Below are positions 60,190 to 64,000 of a stretch of 64,000 nucleotides of DNA, one piece after another; position 1 is the stretch's first letter; every line of letters begins with the position of its first letter. The notes under the pieces were generated by a model. It was not told where the DNA came from. It did not search any database and was given only the letters and a program-made list of their open reading frames with translations. Source of the DNA: an uncultured Candidatus Rokubacteria bacterium (GTDB lineage: Bacteria; Methylomirabilota; Methylomirabilia; Rokubacteriales; DASRDR01); NCBI GenBank assembly GCA_963826115.1, contig CAWGVS010000012.1, positions 672,001 through 736,000 of the forward strand, given 5' to 3'. Position numbers and translations under genes: made by a program.

Positions 60190-60320
60190 CTACTGACGGT
60201 GAAGCACACCGATCAGCACGCCCGCACCATCCCTCAGGGCGTGCGCAATCGCGAACGGGATCAACCGGTGAAGTCGCAGATACACGAGCGTTGCGAAGAC
60301 GAAGAGCGGGATCGGCGACA
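60190..60320 (-). pseudogene. C-terminal remnant of a CPBP (Abi-like) intramembrane protease
   Basis: LFVFATLVYLRLHRLIPFAIAHALRD-like terminal motif with no upstream part. Confidence 0.4.
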
Positions 60321-60349
60321 CGGACCGACGGGCCGTGCTTCTGCAAGGC

Positions 60350-60440
60350 CAACCGCTCCGTGGACCGTGGGCACCGCCCGGCCACCGACACCGTGACGGG
60401 GCTGATCTGGCTGAAGCAGCCGAACTGCCAGGGCACATGA
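60350..60440 (+). pseudogene. Remnant of a DUF1566/Lcl-domain gene
   Basis: TDTVTGLIWLKQPNC, cut off at the tRNA promoter repeat. Confidence 0.5.
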
Positions 60441-60489
60441 CGCTATACTCGAAGCGCGGCCTCAGGGAAGTCCGCGGAATGCCGGGACC

Positions 60490-60578
60490 GGAGGGGTGGC
60501 CGAGCGGTTGAAGGCGCCGGTCTTGAAAACCGGTATGGGCGCAAGCCCTCGGGGGTTCGAATCCCTCCCCCTCCGCCA
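60490..60578 (+). tRNA. tRNA-Ser(TGA)
   Basis: GGAGGGG/CCCCTCC-GCCA; loop CTTGAAA; long variable arm. Confidence 0.97.
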
Positions 60579-60648
60579 TCCGCGCGCCCGCGACGGCCCG
60601 CCGAGTTGACAAAGATTCGGCCCGCCCGGAAGATGGGGCGCTGCGCAT

Positions 60649-60742
60649 GGAGAGGTGGCCGAGTCGGCCGAAGGCAACCGCCTGCTAAGCGGTTACCGGG
60701 TGTTGAGCCTGGTCCCGGGTTCGAATCCCGGCCTCTCCGCCA
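60649..60742 (+). tRNA. tRNA-Ser(GCT)
   Basis: GGAGAGG/CCTCTCC-GCCA; loop CTGCTAA; TTGACA upstream. Confidence 0.97.
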
Positions 60743-60760
60743 ATCTTCCAGCGGTTGGGC

Positions 60761-60837
60761 GCGCCCATAGCTCAGTTGGATAGAGCGTCGGACTACGAAT
60801 CCGAAGGTCGCAGGTTCGAATCCTGCTGGGCGCACCA
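60761..60837 (+). tRNA. tRNA-Arg(ACG)
   Basis: 77-nt cloverleaf; loop CTACGAA. Confidence 0.97.
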
Positions 60838-61086
60838 ATTCCGAGCCATCCTCCCACGCATCCAGGCCCCCGCCGGCGTGCCCCGGCGTCATCCGATGGA
60901 CAAGTCGGACACCCGCGCGTCCACCAGGGCGCGGAGCTTGGCTACGGCTGGGTGATCACGGGGGATCGAGAAACCGCCGGATGACGGCGCCGCGGGCCGA
61001 TCCCGAGGGGGCGTGCGTCCTCTTCGGAGCCCGCACGGTCTCCTGAAGACCGGCGGCGCAACGGGAGGCGGCCCGCGCGTTTCGGC

Positions 61087-61539
61087 CTAGCCGAGCACCC
61101 GCTCGAGCCGCCGCGCGATCTCCGCCTTCGGCTGCACGCCGACCAGCCGGTCGACCTCGCGGCCCTGCCGGAGGACGAGGAGCGTCGGGATGCTCTGGAC
61201 CCCGAACCGCGCGGCAACCCCGGGGTTCTCGTCCACGTTCAGCTTCGCCACCCGCACGCGTCCGGCCAGCTCGTCGGCCAGCTCCGCCACCACCGGCGCG
61301 ACCATCCGGCACGGCCCGCACCAGGGCGCCCAGAGGTCGAGCAGCACCGGGAGCGGCGAGCCCTCGACCTCCGCGGCGAAGGTCGCATCGGTGACCGTGA
61401 CCGGCGCCGCGCCCACGGGGAGCCGCGTCCGGCAGCGTCCGCAGCGCGGCGCCAGACCCTGCGCGACCTTCGCCCAGGGCACGCGGTTGGCGGCCCCGCA
61501 CGCCGGACACGGGATGAGGCGCGCGTCGTCGGCCGCCAT
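61087..61539 (-). CDS. trxC: Thioredoxin 2 with N-terminal Zn finger
   Basis: CPAC...NR...CGRC plus WCGPC, SIPTL. Confidence 0.93.
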   Translation of the reverse strand: MAADDARLIPCPACGAANRVPWAKVAQGLAPRCGRCRTRLPVGAAPVTVTDATFAAEVEGSPLPVLLDLWAPWCGPCRMVAPVVAELADELAGRVRVAKLNVDENPGVAARFGVQSIPTLLVLRQGREVDRLVGVQPKAEIARRLERVLG

Positions 61540-61717
61540 CGCGGGCATTGTGCGCGCCGCTCGCACGGGGCGTCAATCGTCCGCGAGTCATTCGCGAGGC
61601 GATCGGCCCGGCGCCGAAGCAGAACGTCTACGTGCGGAGCGCCGACTCGCACGCCGCGCGGGGGACCCCCCGCGCGCCCTCCCCGAGGACCAGCGGGCGC
61701 GGGTATACTTGGCCACC

Positions 61718-62302
61718 ATGTCCTTCGGAGATACACTACGGGAGCACGGGCTGCCGGGTTCCGTCCCGCTCGGCTCGCCGTCCCCTCCGCCCGAGGCCAC
61801 GAGCGTCCATGAGCCCTTCATGCAGCTCGCGCTCGCGGAGGCGCGGCAGGCCGCCGCGGCCGGGGAGGTGCCGGTAGGCGCGGTGGTGGTCCTGGAAGGC
61901 GCGGTCGTCGGGCGGGGGCATAACCGCCCCGTCGCCACGTCGGATCCGACGGCGCACGCGGAGGTCGAGGCGTTGCGCGACGCCGGTCGGCGCGTCGGGA
62001 ACTACCGGCTGACGGGGGCGACCCTGTACGTGACGGTCGAGCCGTGCCTCATGTGCGCGGGGGCGTGCGTGCACGCGCGGCTGGGGGCGCTCGTCTTCGG
62101 CGCGCCGGACGAGAAGGCCGGGGCGCTCGTGAGCCGCGCCCGGGTGCTGGACGAGCCCGCGTGGAACCATCGCGTGCGCGTCACAGGGGGCGTGCTCGCC
62201 GCGGAAGCGGGCGCGCTGATGCAGGCGTTCTTTCGGGAGCGACGTGTGGAGGGGTACCGAAGTGGTCGCACCGGGCTCGACTCGAAATCGAGTTGGGGGT
62301 GA
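61718..62302 (+). CDS. tadA: tRNA adenosine(34) deaminase
   Basis: EVPVGA, DPTAHAE, YVTVEPCLMC, NH, FF..RR; start uncertain (61718 follows a TATACT -10); stop lies inside the next tRNA. Confidence 0.95.
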   Translation: MSFGDTLREHGLPGSVPLGSPSPPPEATSVHEPFMQLALAEARQAAAAGEVPVGAVVVLEGAVVGRGHNRPVATSDPTAHAEVEALRDAGRRVGNYRLTGATLYVTVEPCLMCAGACVHARLGALVFGAPDEKAGALVSRARVLDEPAWNHRVRVTGGVLAAEAGALMQAFFRERRVEGYRSGRTGLDSKSSWG

Positions 62303-62341
62303 TGAGCCCCCACGTGGGTTCGAATCCCACCCCCTCCGCCA
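62248..62341 (+). tRNA. tRNA-Ser(CGA)
   Basis: GGAGGGG/CCCCTCC-GCCA; loop CTCGAAA. Confidence 0.96.
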
Positions 62342-62392
62342 TTTTTCCGTCACGGGGTGCGGCTGACGCGCCGTTGACGTCAGCCGGGCCGG

Positions 62393-62486
<94 letters not shown>

Positions 62487-62528
62487 CCCCGCTCCGGGCG
62501 GCGAGGTCGGACCGAGCGTGATCGAGCG

Positions 62529-62800
62529 TGGCCGTGCTAGGCGGGGAGGTAGCGGTGCCCTGTACTCGCAATCCGCTCCAGCGAGGCGGAATCCCCGCCC
62601 GAGGTGCCGGCGTGTTGAATTGAGCCCCGAGGAGTGGCGATGAGGGCTGGGCCCCACGCGACGAGAATCTGCCAACCCCGCCAGGCCCGGAAGGGAGCAA
62701 CGGTCCGCAGACACTCTCGTGTGCCGTGGGATTCCCTGGCCGGAGTTATCTCCCCGGGGAGATCGCAGGACGTCGGTTATCGACGGCGGGTGCACGGCCA
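62529..62800 (+). ncRNA. ffs: Signal recognition particle RNA, large (Alu-containing) type
   Basis: 5' GCCGTGCTAGGCGGGGAGGTAGCGGTGCCCTGTAC resembles Bacillus scRNA; helix 8 CAGGCCCGGAAGGGAGCA; ends pair (GCCGTGC/GCACGGC); precedes dnaX. Confidence 0.95.
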
Positions 62801-62839
62801 CTTTTTCCACGACGAGCCCGCGGCCGCGCGGAGCGCCTG

Positions 62840-64000
62840 GTGAGCTACCAGGTTCTCGCGCGGCGCTGGCGCCCCCTCACCTTCGACGCGGTCGTCGGCC
62901 AGGGGCCGATCGTCCGCACCCTCCGGAACGCGCTCGCCCAGGAGCGCATCGCCCACGCGTACCTGTTTGCCGGGCCTCGGGGCGTCGGGAAGACGACCAC
63001 CGCGCGCCTCCTCGCGATGGGTCTGAACTGCGAGGGCGCGGCGGCGGGCGCCGGGCGCCCGTGCGCCACGTGCGAGCCCTGCCGGGAAGTGGCGGCCGGC
63101 CGCGCGCTCGACGTGCTGGAGATCGACGGGGCCTCGAATCGCGGCATCGACGAGGTGCGCGCGCTCCGCGAGAACGCGCGCTATGCGCCGGCGCGCGGGC
63201 GGCGCAAGGTGTACATCATCGACGAGGTCCACATGCTGACGGAGCCGGCCTTCAACGCGCTCCTCAAGACGCTCGAGGAGCCGCCGGCCCACGTCGTCTT
63301 CGTCCTGGCCACCACCGAGGCGCGGCGCCTGCCGCCGACGATCCTCTCGCGCTGCCAGCGATTCGACTTCCGGCCGATCGCGAGCGTCGAGATCGGCGAG
63401 GCCCTCCGGCGGATCCTCGCGGAGGAGAAGGTGCCCGCGGACGCCGTGGAGCCGGACGCCCTCCGGCTCCTCGCGCGGGCGGCGGACGGGAGCCTCCGCG
63501 ACGCGCTCTCGCTCCTCGACACCGCCCTCGCCTACGGGGAGGGCCGCGTCCAGGCCAAGACCGTGGAGGAGCTCCTCGGGAGCGGCGGCGCCGAGGCTGC
63601 GTGGGCGCTCGCCGGCGCGCTCGTCCGCCGAGCGGCGCCGGACGCCCTCCAGCGGATCGCCGAGGCCGCCGCGGCCGGGCTCGACCTGTCGCTCCTCTGC
63701 GAGGAGACGATGGAGGTCCTGCGCCGGGCCTTCCTGGTCGCGGTCACCGGAACGGCCGGGCCCGACGCGACGCAGGACGAGACGGCGCGGCTCACGGCGC
63801 TCGGGACCGAGGCGGGCCAGGGCGACACCGATCTGCTTCTCCTCCTGAAGGGGCTCCTCGACGCCGAGGCCGAGATGCGGAAGTCCCCGCACCCGCGCGT
63901 CGACCTCGAGATCGCCACCGTGCGCCTCTGCCATCGTCCGCAGGCGGCGTCGATCGAGACGGTGCTCGCCCGGCTCGAGCAGGCCGAGGCGCGGCTCCGC
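62840..64000 (+). CDS. dnaX: DNA polymerase III subunit gamma/tau (runs off window; not in ORF track)
   Basis: GTG start, MSYQVLARRWRP..F..VVGQ, GPRGVGKTT, IIDEVHML, FNALLKTLEEPP, TILSRCQRF. Confidence 0.97.
   Translation, partial: MSYQVLARRWRPLTFDAVVGQGPIVRTLRNALAQERIAHAYLFAGPRGVGKTTTARLLAMGLNCEGAAAGAGRPCATCEPCREVAAGRALDVLEIDGASNRGIDEVRALRENARYAPARGRRKVYIIDEVHMLTEPAFNALLKTLEEPPAHVVFVLATTEARRLPPTILSRCQRFDFRPIASVEIGEALRRILAEEKVPADAVEPDALRLLARAADGSLRDALSLLDTALAYGEGRVQAKTVEELLGSGGAEAAWALAGALVRRAAPDALQRIAEAAAAGLDLSLLCEETMEVLRRAFLVAVTGTAGPDATQDETARLTALGTEAGQGDTDLLLLLKGLLDAEAEMRKSPHPRVDLEIATVRLCHRPQAASIETVLARLEQAEARLR

Overview
High-GC (~70%) bacterial chromosome window spanning the replication-origin region. 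The gene content is compatible with a Ca. Rokubacteria/Methylomirabilota-like lineage, which is an inference only. The core block is atpCDGAHF-mnmA-parB-parA-rsmG-yidC-rnpA-rpmH on the minus strand and dnaA-dnaN-recF-gyrB-gyrA-serS on the plus strand, with DnaA boxes, a DnaA-trio-like unwinding element and a parS site. Also present are rdgB-rph-amiC, tmRNA with smpB, ahcY under a SAH riboswitch, 8 tRNAs (including all four Ser isoacceptors), tadA, a long Alu-type SRP RNA and the start of dnaX. Three accessory zones stand out. (1) 9241-19273 is a stack of decayed integrative elements at tRNA-Arg(TCT), marked by three extra copies of the tRNA 3' end and two copies of an integrase tail; the cargo is a sigma54-type tyrosinase-vWA fusion and a general-stress gene set. 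(2) 28036-30800, after tRNA-Leu, holds an orphan RiPP-like precursor and a secreted RAPP-terminated peptide. (3) 54425-60489 contains a duplication of the promoter, leader and 5' part of tRNA-Ser(TGA) around an HTTM/DCC1-like gene. Three single-base frameshifts suggest residual assembly errors. All family calls come from motif recognition by eye; no database search was run.
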